Below, piece after piece: positions 1 through 9,896 of a stretch of 64,000 bases of DNA. Source of the DNA: Candidatus Sericytochromatia bacterium (lineage in GTDB: Bacteria > Cyanobacteriota > Sericytochromatia > S15B-MN24 > UBA4093). The position numbers and the translations under genes are program-made. Where the stretch lies: positions 1-64,000 of the forward strand of contig JAKFCT010000010.1 of the NCBI GenBank assembly GCA_036676495.1, read 5' to 3'. The notes below the pieces were generated by a model. The model did no database searches, was not told the DNA's origin, and saw only the letters and a program-made list of their open reading frames with translations. How positions within the stretch are numbered: position 1 is the stretch's first letter; each line of letters begins with the position of its first letter.

Positions 1-318
1 CATGGGAGGGTCGACCAGGCGGAAACGCCCCGAGGCGTCCGTATAGGTATCCACCGAGGCCGCCCCGCTCCCGACCGACGCGAGACGGCGGTCCGTGACG
101 TAGGAGACCACCCGCACGTTGGCAGCGGGCTCGCCCGAGGCCGTCCGGACCTCACCAGTCACCAGCGGAGTCGTCTGGGTCACGCCGTCATGCAAGGGCG
201 TGGTCTGGGCGACCCCGTCCTGGAGCTTCGACATGCCGAGGCGATCCCAGGGGCCGCACCCCAGGAGCAGCAGGGGGAGGATCAGGCAAGCGGTCAGCGT
301 GGCGAGAAAGGGTCTCAT
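1..318 (-). CDS. Putative lipoprotein with carboxypeptidase-regulatory-like (beta-sandwich) domain, runs off window start
   Basis: Read manually (absent from ORF track): ATG at 318 overlaps the upstream stop (ATGA); MRPFLATLTACLILPLLLLGC lipobox, then VTGEVRTASGEPAANVRV...TDASGRFRL; open to position 1. Confidence 0.75.
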   Translation of the reverse strand, partial: MRPFLATLTACLILPLLLLGCGPWDRLGMSKLQDGVAQTTPLHDGVTQTTPLVTGEVRTASGEPAANVRVVSYVTDRRLASVGSGAASVDTYTDASGRFRLVDPPM

Positions 319-2810
319 GCGTATTCCTTGAGGCGGGCGAGGTCAATCTTGGCGCCGAGTTTCTCGAAGGCATCGGTGGCGCAGAGGCGATAAGCCGAGG
401 CTCGCGCGGCGTTACCCAGGCGCTCGGCGATGCGGGCGGCCTGGGTCAGGCTGCGGGCATGCTCGAGAGAGGCGAAGGCGCCCTCGAGGAGCGTGAGGGA
501 GGACTGAATGAGCTCGAAGGCCCGGTCCGGGTCGCCCTGACGCATCAGCACGATGCTCTGGCCTCGGTAGGCGATCCCGACCGGGACCACCCGATTGAGC
601 TGGGTTCCCAGTTCGATGGCCCGTTGCAGCGGTTCCCAGGAGCGTTCGTCTTCTTGGGCTTCGACCTCGAGCATCCCGAGGTGATAGTAGAGATCCGCCA
701 GGACCTCGCGATCCCCGATCTGCTCCATGAGGGCGATCGCCTCGCTCAGGATTTCCCTTGCCTCGTCGAAGCGACCCATGCGGCCCAAGGCATTGCCCAG
801 GTTGCAGCGGGCGATGGCGATTCCCGCGCGCTCTCCCAGGCGCTCCTTGATGGAGAGCGAAGAACGGTAATAGCGTTCGGCACTCTCCCACTCTCCTTGG
901 TTGAGGGCGAGGTTGCCGAGGTTGTTGTCGAACGCGCTCGAAAGCCAGGCCTCTCCGATACGCTCGGCCAGGAGCTTGCCGCGCTGATAGGCCTGGGCCG
1001 CCTCTTTCCACTTGCCTTGATCGTAGTAGAGGCTTCCGAGATTGTTATAGGTCGAGGCCACGCCCGCGAGGTCCTGGCAGGCCTCCCGCTCGGCGAGGGC
1101 GCGCAGGTGGTGGCGCAGGGCCTCTTCATAGCGGCCAAGCCGGTAGCACGAGATCCCGATGAGGCTATAAGCGAGTCCCAGGTCGGTCCTGGATAGCGAT
1201 TTGCCCAGCAGCGCGGACGCCCGCTGCTCGCAAGCCGCGTAGCGGCCTTGGCGAAGTTCGAGCTGTGCGAGGGCGAGCTCCAGGGCAGAGCGGTCCGGGA
1301 GTGGCTGGCCTTGGCAGAGGGCCTCGCGAAGCAGGGCTCCTGCGGCCTCGTACTCCCCCATGCGTTCCTGGACCTTGGCCATCGCGAGCGTCCAGCCAGG
1401 CTCCGCTTTTCCCTCGAGGACCTTGAGGAGACGCAAGGCCTCTTGACCGTCGGCGCGGGCCAGCTCGACGTCCGCGAGACGAATCGAGACGGCGGCGTAC
1501 TCCGCTTCTCGCGGGTGAAAGAGCTCCAGAGCGCGCGCGAGCAACTCCCGTCCCTCGCGCAGGTCGTAGCGCTGAAGGGCGTAATCGGCGGCTTCGAGCA
1601 GCATGACCCGCGCCTCCTTGGGGCGTCCGGCCCCGAAAAGGTGGCGAGCGGCCTCGGAAGCCGTGTAAGCCGGGTAACGGGAGGAGCGCTCCTGCATGAG
1701 GGCTGCGATCTTGGCATGGCGGCGCCGGCGCAGGTCCGGATCCATGGCCTCGTAGACGGCCTGTTGCATCAGCGCGTGACACCAGCGATAGGAGGTGCCA
1801 TCGAGCTGCAGGAAGCCGGCGTTGACCAGCTCCAGCACCGTCCGGGAATTTCCCGCGGAGAGGGCGTCGAGGAGGAGGGGGTCGAGCTGGTAGCCGGCCA
1901 CGGCGACCAAGCCCAGGAGGGCCTGCGCCGAAGGGTTCAGCTCTTGAAAGCGGCAGAGCGCCGCCGAGCGGATGGAGTCGGGAATGTCGCCTTGGGCCGT
2001 CCGGCTCTCGAGCAGCTCCGTGAGCAGGAAGGGGTTCCCGTTGGCCCGTCCCAAGATCTCCTGGATCTCGGTGCGGATGGGCTCGGGCAGGGGTTCACCG
2101 GCCAAGCCCAGGCGATGGGCCGCCAGCTGGAGGGCGCTCGCGTCGTCGAGGGGAGGAAGCGGCAGCAGGACGCTGCCGAGTCCGTTGGCCCTGAGGTGGT
2201 AGCCTCCTCCGGTACGTTCGCTGAGCATGAGCATGAACAAGCGGCTGGCTCCGGTGCCGAGCTCGTTGAGCCAGTACTCCAGGAACTCCAGTGAGCCGTG
2301 ATCGACCCAGTGAAGATCTTCCAGGACCAGGAGACAGGGTTGCTCATCGATGCGCTGGTTCAGCCAGCGCGCGAGGGCGCGAAAGGCGATGAACCAGGTT
2401 GCCTTGGACGCTCCCGGACCACGGCTGTCCGGCGCCGGCGCGGAGGGCCGTCGCCCGAGCAGATGCCAAACCGCTGCCGCATCGGGACCGAAGTCGGCTT
2501 CCTCACCCTGCCAGGCCGTGACGATCGCATCCAAGAAGCGATAGCTGGCATGGGCGAGCTCCGGGGAGGCATGGACGGCGATCACCCGGGTTTCCGAGCC
2601 CAGACGCCGCATGAACGCCCCGATCAGGGCAGACTTGCCGATCCCCGGGTCTCCGAGAAGGCGGACCACCAGGGGCCGCCCCCGTCGCACGGTGTCCCAG
2701 CAACCTTCGATCTGCTCCAGGAGAGCATCTCGTCCCCAGAGCGGGGGGGCTTCGGACGCGGCATCGGTAACAACGGAGCGAGAATCGTCGAGCGGATACG
2801 TAGGGGTCAT
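315..2810 (-). CDS. STAND/AAA_16-type ATPase with C-terminal TPR repeats
   Basis: GRDALL, Walker A GDPGIGKS, Walker B LLVLEDLHWVD, GNPF motif, multiple YNNLG/NNLG TPR repeats; start taken at MTPTYP (2810). Confidence 0.85.
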   Translation of the reverse strand: MTPTYPLDDSRSVVTDAASEAPPLWGRDALLEQIEGCWDTVRRGRPLVVRLLGDPGIGKSALIGAFMRRLGSETRVIAVHASPELAHASYRFLDAIVTAWQGEEADFGPDAAAVWHLLGRRPSAPAPDSRGPGASKATWFIAFRALARWLNQRIDEQPCLLVLEDLHWVDHGSLEFLEYWLNELGTGASRLFMLMLSERTGGGYHLRANGLGSVLLPLPPLDDASALQLAAHRLGLAGEPLPEPIRTEIQEILGRANGNPFLLTELLESRTAQGDIPDSIRSAALCRFQELNPSAQALLGLVAVAGYQLDPLLLDALSAGNSRTVLELVNAGFLQLDGTSYRWCHALMQQAVYEAMDPDLRRRRHAKIAALMQERSSRYPAYTASEAARHLFGAGRPKEARVMLLEAADYALQRYDLREGRELLARALELFHPREAEYAAVSIRLADVELARADGQEALRLLKVLEGKAEPGWTLAMAKVQERMGEYEAAGALLREALCQGQPLPDRSALELALAQLELRQGRYAACEQRASALLGKSLSRTDLGLAYSLIGISCYRLGRYEEALRHHLRALAEREACQDLAGVASTYNNLGSLYYDQGKWKEAAQAYQRGKLLAERIGEAWLSSAFDNNLGNLALNQGEWESAERYYRSSLSIKERLGERAGIAIARCNLGNALGRMGRFDEAREILSEAIALMEQIGDREVLADLYYHLGMLEVEAQEDERSWEPLQRAIELGTQLNRVVPVGIAYRGQSIVLMRQGDPDRAFELIQSSLTLLEGAFASLEHARSLTQAARIAERLGNAARASAYRLCATDAFEKLGAKIDLARLKEYA

Positions 2811-3055
2811 GCGGCTAGGTCCCAATGTACTTGGTGGAATAGTCAACGAGCAGCGACAGCTTGGTTGCTTATATGCTACCACTACTAGGTCAAATGTCCT
2901 AGCATCGAAAGAAAGTTGTCATGTCCTCCCCGGGGGCCGGACTCCGGATCCGTCGGGGCGAGGACGCGCTCCCCGCGTTGACATCCGAGGGTCCGCGGGT
3001 ATATGAAGGATCGGCGGCGCTCGCCGTCTCAGCGTAGAAGGCAGTCGAAACCAGC

Positions 3056-4090
3056 ATGGATCAACCGAGCATCCCCACGTTCAATCACTTACATGGAACG
3101 CGAAAAGCCAAGCCCGAGGTCAAGGACCTCCCGGGGCCGACGGTCTTGATCGCGGATGCCTCGGCCTTGTTTCGGCGCAACCTGGGGACCATCCTCCAGC
3201 AGGAGGGCTACCGGATCCTCCACGCGGAGACGGGCATCGACGCGATCGCCCTCTGCGCCAAGGAACGCCCCGACCTGGTCCTCCTGGAGGCCGAGATTCC
3301 CGGCATCAACGGGATTGCCGCCTGCCAGGCCATGAAAGAGCGCCTGGGCCTCAACGATCTCTACGTCTTCCTGACCCTCGGTCAAGAGCGAGAGGAGACC
3401 TTCCGGGCCTCCCAGACCGCGGGGGCCCATCAGATTCTCTACAAGCCCATCGAGATCGAGCCCCTGGTCGAATCCATCAACTCCCTGCTCGTGCCCCTCC
3501 CCGTGCCCCACCAACCCCTGACCGTGACGTCGCTGGAAGCCCGACGCGCATGCCATGTCAGTGGCTGGCGCCCCCGGTCACGAGGCCTCACGCTGGATCC
3601 CGGCCCTGAGTTCGACTGGCTGGGCGGCAACCTCCAGTCGGGAGTCAAGGTCCACATCGCCTACATGGCCGAGGACGGCGCGCGCATCGTCCGCAACGCC
3701 ACCCTGCGCCAGGTCTGGAAGAAACTCAACCAGAAGGTGCTCGAGGTCGCCTTCGGGACCGACATCCAGCGGGTCCAGGCCACCGAGTTCATTCACCAGG
3801 CCATGGCCATTCAGGTCAAGTACGAGTCCCCCGCCGGGGATTACGTCTCCGGCTCCCTCGTCAACATCTCGGGTGGCGGCATGCGGCTGGCCGACCTGCG
3901 CGATCAGCTCGAGATCGGCAGCACGGTTCCGCTCTTCCTGATTCAGGACTCGGAGGTGCTCTTCTCGCTCACCGGCGAAGTCAAGGGCGGCCGGATTCAA
4001 CCCGACGGCCGCTTCGAGGGCTGCTTCGCCCTGGTGGGCATGAGTGCCGATACCGAGCGACGCCTCAACCAGACCCTCTTCGGATCCTAG
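3056..4090 (+). CDS. Atypical receiver domain + PilZ-domain protein
   Basis: VLIAD...PDLVLLE..IPGING...KP receiver; C-terminal NISGGG PilZ motif. Confidence 0.8.
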   Translation: MDQPSIPTFNHLHGTRKAKPEVKDLPGPTVLIADASALFRRNLGTILQQEGYRILHAETGIDAIALCAKERPDLVLLEAEIPGINGIAACQAMKERLGLNDLYVFLTLGQEREETFRASQTAGAHQILYKPIEIEPLVESINSLLVPLPVPHQPLTVTSLEARRACHVSGWRPRSRGLTLDPGPEFDWLGGNLQSGVKVHIAYMAEDGARIVRNATLRQVWKKLNQKVLEVAFGTDIQRVQATEFIHQAMAIQVKYESPAGDYVSGSLVNISGGGMRLADLRDQLEIGSTVPLFLIQDSEVLFSLTGEVKGGRIQPDGRFEGCFALVGMSADTERRLNQTLFGS

Positions 4091-4313
4091 ACCTAACGTC
4101 GTTGCTGCAGGACCGCGACGCTTTCCCAAGCCTAGCCGCGTTTTCTAGCCTCTCGTTGCTTCAGGACAGCTACGCTGCCTTTCGCAACAGCCGCTGTTTC
4201 TAGCCTCTCGTTGCTTCAGGACAGCTACGCTGCCTTTCGCAACAGCCGCTGTTTCTAGCCTCTCGTTGCTTCAGGACAGCTACGCTGCCTTTCGCAACAG
4301 CCGCGGGCGCTAG
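4087..4313. repeat. Tandem palindromic repeat array: three near-identical 55-bp units (start 4142, 4197, 4252) plus one degenerate unit
   Basis: Unit tttctagcctctcgttgcttcaggacagctacgctgcctttcgcaacagccgctg read directly; CTAG at both ends of the array. Confidence 0.95.
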
Positions 4314-4391
4314 CCCTCCGGCCCGGCCGCTTTACAAGTCGTGACCTCGCCCGCCCCCTTGCCGGCAAGCGAGTGTGTTAAAATCTCTCCC

Positions 4392-5621
4392 ATGTCTAAA
4401 ACCGCTCAGGCAGCCACCCCCGTGCGCGGCCGCGACCTCTTCCGAGATCCCTCCTTCCTCGTGATGTGCGTGATCTCCTTGGCGAACGGACTCGGCGAGA
4501 AGTTCCTCTTCGTCTTCATCGCCCTCTTGGCCTCTCCGCTGGTCCCCGCCAACCTCCAGAATTCCATGATGAGCGGCATCTCGCTGGCCTTCGCCCTTCC
4601 CGCCGTCTTCCTCGGCTCCGTGGCCGGCGTGCTGGTCGACCGCTTCCCCATCAAGGTCATGCTCTTCCTCAGCAACCTGACCAGAGCCCTTTTGCTACTC
4701 AGCTTGCCCTTCGCCCAGCACCTCTTCCTGCCGCTCCTGATCTTCGCCTTCACCTTCGGAGCGCTCACGCAGTTCTACAATCCCGCCTTCATGACCACGG
4801 TTCCCACCATCGTGAAGAAGGACCACCTCATGACGGCCAACGCCGCCCTGATGACCATCATGATCCTGACGGTCGTCGGCGGCTTCGCCCTCGCCAAGCC
4901 CGTGGGCGACCTCTTGGGGACCCAGAGCGCTTATTTGTCGGTGGCGGCCCTCTACGGCCTCGCGGCCATCGGATCCCTGCTGGTCCGGATCCCGGAGCGG
5001 GAGGCGGACCACAAGGCCAGCGGCAACTTCTGGAAGGAGTGGGGCTCGACCTTCGTCTACCTCTGGAAGAACCCGCGCCTGCTGTCGGCCTACACCGTGA
5101 TGATGGCGATGTTCGGCACCTTCGCGGCGCTGAACGTGCTGGCCAAGGACTACACCGCCAAGGCCTACCAGCTCGACAACTTCGGCATCATCTTCGCCTT
5201 CGCCGGCGCGGGCATGGCCATCGGCGCGGGGATCATGGGGAAATTCGGCCGGCATCTGCCGAAGACCATCTGGGTGCGGTCAGGCTGCGTGGTCGCGGGC
5301 CTCGCCCTGATCGCCATGGCCTTCGCCCCGAACGTCACGCTCGCTTTCGCCCTGGCAACGTGCGTGGGCATCGCCGGCGCCATGATCGACATCCCCATCT
5401 CGACCCTGGTGCAGGAATCCGTGGACGAGGAGATGCGCGGCAAGGTCTTCGGGCTGCAGGGCATGCTGGTCTATCTCGCCACCTTGCTGCCGATGATCAT
5501 CGTGGGACCGCTGGCCGACCTCTGGGGAGCCGCGGTCATGATTGCCGTCCTGGGACTCAGCATGGCCCTTTTGGTCCTGCTCAAGCTCGCTGAGCATCCC
5601 GAACCGCAAGTTCAAAGCTAG
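4392..5621 (+). CDS. MFS transporter
   Basis: About 12 hydrophobic segments, GVLVDRF motif A, EEMRGKVFG. Confidence 0.9.
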   Translation: MSKTAQAATPVRGRDLFRDPSFLVMCVISLANGLGEKFLFVFIALLASPLVPANLQNSMMSGISLAFALPAVFLGSVAGVLVDRFPIKVMLFLSNLTRALLLLSLPFAQHLFLPLLIFAFTFGALTQFYNPAFMTTVPTIVKKDHLMTANAALMTIMILTVVGGFALAKPVGDLLGTQSAYLSVAALYGLAAIGSLLVRIPEREADHKASGNFWKEWGSTFVYLWKNPRLLSAYTVMMAMFGTFAALNVLAKDYTAKAYQLDNFGIIFAFAGAGMAIGAGIMGKFGRHLPKTIWVRSGCVVAGLALIAMAFAPNVTLAFALATCVGIAGAMIDIPISTLVQESVDEEMRGKVFGLQGMLVYLATLLPMIIVGPLADLWGAAVMIAVLGLSMALLVLLKLAEHPEPQVQS

Positions 5622-5631
5622 CCCGCCCGAC

Positions 5632-6828
5632 ATGACCGCCATGCACGTCATGATCGATGCTCGGGAGGCCGGCCCTCAGCCGTCCGGCCTCGCCCGCTAC
5701 ACCTTCAACCTCCTGAGGGGCCTCGCGCGCTACGGGCAGGGCCACCGCTACTCCATCCTCACCAACCACCCGGAACTCCTCCCGGAGCTCCATGGGCGGC
5801 CGGACTTCGAGCTGATCAACCCGCGGGTCCACATCGTCGATCCCCGGGAGCAGGTCCTCATCCCCTCCCTGGTCTCCCGGATCAAGCCCCAGATCTTCCA
5901 TAGCACCTCGATGGTCGCCCCGCGCTTCCTGCCTCGAGGCGTCAAGCGCATCCTGACCCTTCACGACACGATTCCCCTCTCCTGTCCCGAAGGGTTCCGC
6001 TGGGATCAGCGCCTCGCCTGGCAATTCTACTACTCCGCCTCGATCCGACCGGTCGCCCTGGCGTCGGATCGCATCCTGACCGTCTCGGAGTGGTCCAAAG
6101 GCGACATCGCGAAGCATCTGGGCGTCCCGTCGGATCGGATCGCGGTGATCTACAACTGGCTCGAGGAGCACTTCGGCCCCGTGAGCGACGCAAAGGTCGC
6201 CCAAGTGCGCGAGAAGTACGCGCTTCCGGCGCGCTTCGTCTTCGCGCTCGGCTCTCATTACCGCTACAAGAACCCGGACGGCTTGATCCGCGCCTTCGCG
6301 GCGATCGCCCCCAGGCACCCCGACGTCAACTTGCTGCTCAAGATCGGCCGTCCCAAGCGCCTGGACGGGCTCGTCCAGAGTCTCGGCATCGCCGATCGGG
6401 TCCAGTACCAGGGCTTCGTGCCGGATGACGAGTTGCCTGCCCTCTACCGGGCAGCCGACCTCTTCGCCTTCCCGAGCTTCTACGAGGGCTTCGGCCTGCC
6501 TCCCCTGGAAGCCATGCTCTGCGGCACCCCGGTGATCGCGAGCCAGGCGAGCTCCGTGCCCGAGGTCGTCGGGAAGGCCGCCCAGACCTTCGATCCGGCT
6601 GACGTTGCGGCGATCGCCCAGCAGCTCGACCGCGTCCTTTCCGATGCCGCGCTGGCAGAAAGGATGCGCGAGGCCGGTTACGCGCAAGCCGCCCAGTTCT
6701 CGGTTCAGCGCGGCATCTCGGAGACCCTCGCCCTTTATCGGGAGGTCCTCGGCATCCACCAGGACGCCCCCGAGCCCCTCACGCATGCGGTGACGCCTCC
6801 GGGCGTGACGCGGGAAAGGAGACCATGA
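5632..6828 (+). CDS. Glycosyltransferase family 4 (GT-B)
   Basis: FAFPSFYEGFGLPPLEAMLCGTPVI motif. Confidence 0.92.
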   Translation: MTAMHVMIDAREAGPQPSGLARYTFNLLRGLARYGQGHRYSILTNHPELLPELHGRPDFELINPRVHIVDPREQVLIPSLVSRIKPQIFHSTSMVAPRFLPRGVKRILTLHDTIPLSCPEGFRWDQRLAWQFYYSASIRPVALASDRILTVSEWSKGDIAKHLGVPSDRIAVIYNWLEEHFGPVSDAKVAQVREKYALPARFVFALGSHYRYKNPDGLIRAFAAIAPRHPDVNLLLKIGRPKRLDGLVQSLGIADRVQYQGFVPDDELPALYRAADLFAFPSFYEGFGLPPLEAMLCGTPVIASQASSVPEVVGKAAQTFDPADVAAIAQQLDRVLSDAALAERMREAGYAQAAQFSVQRGISETLALYREVLGIHQDAPEPLTHAVTPPGVTRERRP

Positions 6829-8222
6829 CCAAGCCCACTCCCCCCGTTTCCGCGGGGGACCTCGTCACCCTGGACCTCGAAGCGCTGGTTCCCGGAGGCG
6901 AAGCCATCGCCCATCTCGGCGGCTTCACCCTCTTCGTTCCGGGCGGCGTGCCCGGAGACCGCGTCACCGCCGAAGTCATCTCGACCAAGCCCAGTTACGG
7001 CCGCGCCCTGGTCAAGAAGCTCCTGACCCCCGGAGCGCAGCGTGCCGGCGCCCGTTGCCCGCTCTTCGGGCACTGCGGCGGCTGCCAGTGGCAGGAAGTC
7101 GATTACACGGCCCAGCTCCTTTGGAAGCGTCACATCGTCGAGGATGCCCTCACCCGCATCGGTGGCTTCCCCAAGGACGACCTCGTCGCTCCCACCATGG
7201 GCATGGACGATCCCTGGTACTACCGCAACAAGGTGCACTGGGCCCTGGCCAAGGATGAGACTCCCGGCGGCCGCGGCATCCGGATCGGCCTCTACGAAGC
7301 GCGCAGCCACCGGGTGGTCGACGTGGAACACTGCTACATCCAGCACCCGCTCAACAACCTGGTCCTGGATTTCCTGCGCAAGACGCTTCCCGGATTCGAT
7401 TTCCCGCTCTACGACGAGCGCACCGGCAAGGGATGGCTTCGCTCGGCCTTCGCCAAGGCCGGCCACCAGACCAACGAGCTGATGATCGGCCTGGTCACCA
7501 CCCGCCCCGACTTCCCCCTGGAAGACGCCTGGGTGGAGCAGGTGCGCGCGCAGTTCCCGGGCGTGACCAGCATCGTCCAGAACATCCATCCCCGTCCCGG
7601 GAACGCCCTCATGGGCGAGGAGACGCGGGTGCTCTGGGGCAAGGACCACCTCTTCGAGAAGATCGGCCCCCTGACCTTCGCCATCTCGGCGCGCTCCTTC
7701 TTCCAGGTCAACTCCGAGCAGGTCGAACGGCTCTACGAAACCGCCGTGACCTTCGCCGGCCTCAAGGGAGGCGAGCGGATCGTCGATCTCTACTCGGGGA
7801 CCGGGACCATCGCACTGTACCTGGCGGCAAAGGGTGCGGGCGAAGCCGTCGGGATCGAGGTGATCCCCGAGGCCACGCGCGACGCGATCGCCAACGCGCG
7901 CCTCAACGGGATCTCCAACGCCAAGTTTTTGACCGGCAAGGTCGAGGATCGCCTCGAGCGCCTGCTCTCGGAGACCGGCAACCTCGACGTGGCGGTGCTC
8001 GATCCCCCGCGTAAAGGCTGCGAGCCGGAAGTCATCGCGGCGATCGCCCGCTCGGGCATCCCCCGGATCGTCTACGTCTCCTGCAACCCCGCCACGCTCG
8101 CCCGTGACCTGAAGGGCCTGGTCGAGGCCGGAGGCTACCGCCTCGAAGCAGTCCAGCCCGTGGACATGTTCCCCCAGACCGCACACGTCGAGGCCGTCGC
8201 CCTGCTCACGAAGGATCGCTAG
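6825..8222 (+). CDS. rlmD: 23S rRNA (uracil-5)-methyltransferase RlmD
   Basis: TRAM N-terminus, CPLFGHCGGC Fe-S motif, FFQVN, DLYSGTG, LDPPRKG, YVSCNP, DMFPQT. Confidence 0.93.
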   Translation: MTKPTPPVSAGDLVTLDLEALVPGGEAIAHLGGFTLFVPGGVPGDRVTAEVISTKPSYGRALVKKLLTPGAQRAGARCPLFGHCGGCQWQEVDYTAQLLWKRHIVEDALTRIGGFPKDDLVAPTMGMDDPWYYRNKVHWALAKDETPGGRGIRIGLYEARSHRVVDVEHCYIQHPLNNLVLDFLRKTLPGFDFPLYDERTGKGWLRSAFAKAGHQTNELMIGLVTTRPDFPLEDAWVEQVRAQFPGVTSIVQNIHPRPGNALMGEETRVLWGKDHLFEKIGPLTFAISARSFFQVNSEQVERLYETAVTFAGLKGGERIVDLYSGTGTIALYLAAKGAGEAVGIEVIPEATRDAIANARLNGISNAKFLTGKVEDRLERLLSETGNLDVAVLDPPRKGCEPEVIAAIARSGIPRIVYVSCNPATLARDLKGLVEAGGYRLEAVQPVDMFPQTAHVEAVALLTKDR

Positions 8223-8245
8223 CCGCCCTTATCCGGAGGACTTCC

Positions 8246-9334
8246 ATGCCCCCCATCACCGTCGTCATCAGTCCCAGGATCCTCTATCAGGCCCTCGCCC
8301 TCCTCATCGGCATCACCGCGATCCTGAAGTTCCCCTTCATCCTCGCGTTCCTGCTCATCGCGCTCATCCTCGCCGCGGCCCTGACCCCGGCGGTCAACTT
8401 CTTCGCGGCGCGGCGCGTCCCCCGCGCCCTGGCCACCCTGCTGGTCTTCGTGCTGATCTTCGGATCCCTCGGCCTCGTGGGCATGATCCTGATTCCTATC
8501 CTGATCGCGCAAGTCCAAGAGCTGGTCAAGGACTTCCCCACCTACGTGTCCCAGTACGAAACCGTCCTGCAGCGCCTCCGGGCCCTGGAGGCCCGCTACC
8601 ACGTCTTGCCCAGCACCACGCAGATCGCCACGTTCATTTCGCAACGGGCCTCGGGCTGGCTCGCATCCACCCTCACGGCCACGGCGGCTGTGGCCTCGGC
8701 CCTGGTCGGCCTCGGCGGCGTGCTGATCACGACCTTCTTCCTGCTCGCGGACGGCCCCAACCTCCGCAAGGGCTTCCTCCAGCTCATCCCGCCCCGCTAC
8801 CGCGACCGGATCGCCGAGCAGTTCGATCCGATCGCCCAGCGGCTCGGAGCGTACGTCCGCGGCCAGCTGCTCAGCATGACCGCCCTGAGCATCCTGCTCG
8901 GCATCGGCCTCACCATCGCCGGGGTCCCGTACGCGTGGGTGCTGGCCGCCCTGGCGGGAGCCATGGAGATCATCCCCCTGGTCGGCTCGACGCTGGGCGC
9001 GATCCCGGCCGTGATCGTCGCCTTGACCGTGTCCTGGAAGCTCGCGCTCATCGTCGTCGCCATCTTCGTGGTCGCGAACGTCGTCCAGGGCAACGTCCTG
9101 AGCCCCCTGATCCTCTCGTCTTCCGTCGAAATGCCGCCGATCTTGGTCTTCTTCGCCATCATGATCGGGGCCGAGCTGCTGGGGATCGTGGGCGCCATCA
9201 TCGCCGTCCCCATCGTCGCCACCCTCATGGTGCTGATCCAGAACCTCTACATTCCCGCCATCTCGAAGCCACCCGCTGCGGAACCCGCGCCCCCCGCGCC
9301 CCCCGCGCCGCCGCAGCCCCCCTCGGAGGTCTAA
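8246..9334 (+). CDS. AI-2E family transporter
   Basis: YVRGQL, IPLVGS, GAIIAVP motifs; polytopic membrane protein. Confidence 0.9.
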   Translation: MPPITVVISPRILYQALALLIGITAILKFPFILAFLLIALILAAALTPAVNFFAARRVPRALATLLVFVLIFGSLGLVGMILIPILIAQVQELVKDFPTYVSQYETVLQRLRALEARYHVLPSTTQIATFISQRASGWLASTLTATAAVASALVGLGGVLITTFFLLADGPNLRKGFLQLIPPRYRDRIAEQFDPIAQRLGAYVRGQLLSMTALSILLGIGLTIAGVPYAWVLAALAGAMEIIPLVGSTLGAIPAVIVALTVSWKLALIVVAIFVVANVVQGNVLSPLILSSSVEMPPILVFFAIMIGAELLGIVGAIIAVPIVATLMVLIQNLYIPAISKPPAAEPAPPAPPAPPQPPSEV

Positions 9335-9335
9335 C

Positions 9336-9743
9336 ATGCTCAATCCCGAAGAACTCGCCCGCATGGGCCAGGGAAACCTGGCCGAAGCCCTGGGCATCGC
9401 CCTCGTCGAAGTGGGCCCCGATCAAGTGATCGCCACCATGCCGGTCGATAACCGGACCCGCCAGCCCTTCGGGCTCTTGCATGGCGGGGCATCCGTCGCG
9501 CTCGCCGAAACCGTGGCCAGCATCGGGGCCTGGATGAACGTGGATCAAAAGACGCAGGGCGCGGTCGGCCTGGAGATCAACGCCAACCACTTGAAGGGGA
9601 AGCGGGAAGGGATCGTGACGGCGACCGCCACGCCGATTCACCGGGGCCGGACGACCCAGGTCTGGAGCGTGACGATCGTGGACGAGCAGGGAGCCCTGGT
9701 CTGCGTCTCGCGCTGTACCCTGGCCGTCGTGTCGATCAAGTAA
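9336..9743 (+). CDS. menI: Hotdog-fold thioesterase (MenI/YdiI-like)
   Basis: QPFGLLHGGASVALAET, GLEINANH. Confidence 0.8.
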   Translation: MLNPEELARMGQGNLAEALGIALVEVGPDQVIATMPVDNRTRQPFGLLHGGASVALAETVASIGAWMNVDQKTQGAVGLEINANHLKGKREGIVTATATPIHRGRTTQVWSVTIVDEQGALVCVSRCTLAVVSIK

Positions 9744-9765
9744 GCCTGCCCCCGTGATTTACACG

Positions 9766-9808
9766 TTCACCCCGTCCTTGCCGCAGGTGCGGCGGGGACG
9801 GGGTGAAA
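9766..9808 (+). terminator. Hairpin after thioesterase gene
   Basis: ttcaccccgtccttgccgc-aggt-gcggcggggacggggtgaa; no U tract on +. Confidence 0.5.
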
Positions 9809-9827
9809 ACGCTCATGGGACGCGGAG

Positions 9828-9896
9828 AAAAAAAGGTGGGCCCGCCGGGTGTGTGGACGACGGGCCCCCAGCTCAGAGAGGTGACTTCAAGCTGGT
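9828..9896 (-). ncRNA. Candidate ~70-nt two-hairpin sRNA
   Basis: Minus-strand TTGCAA-17-CATGAT promoter (9931..9903), two stem-loops with C-rich loops, then a T7 run. Confidence 0.6.

Noticed and set aside
4142-4304. CRISPR array
   Set aside because: Units are identical with no unique spacers, and no cas genes are in the window.
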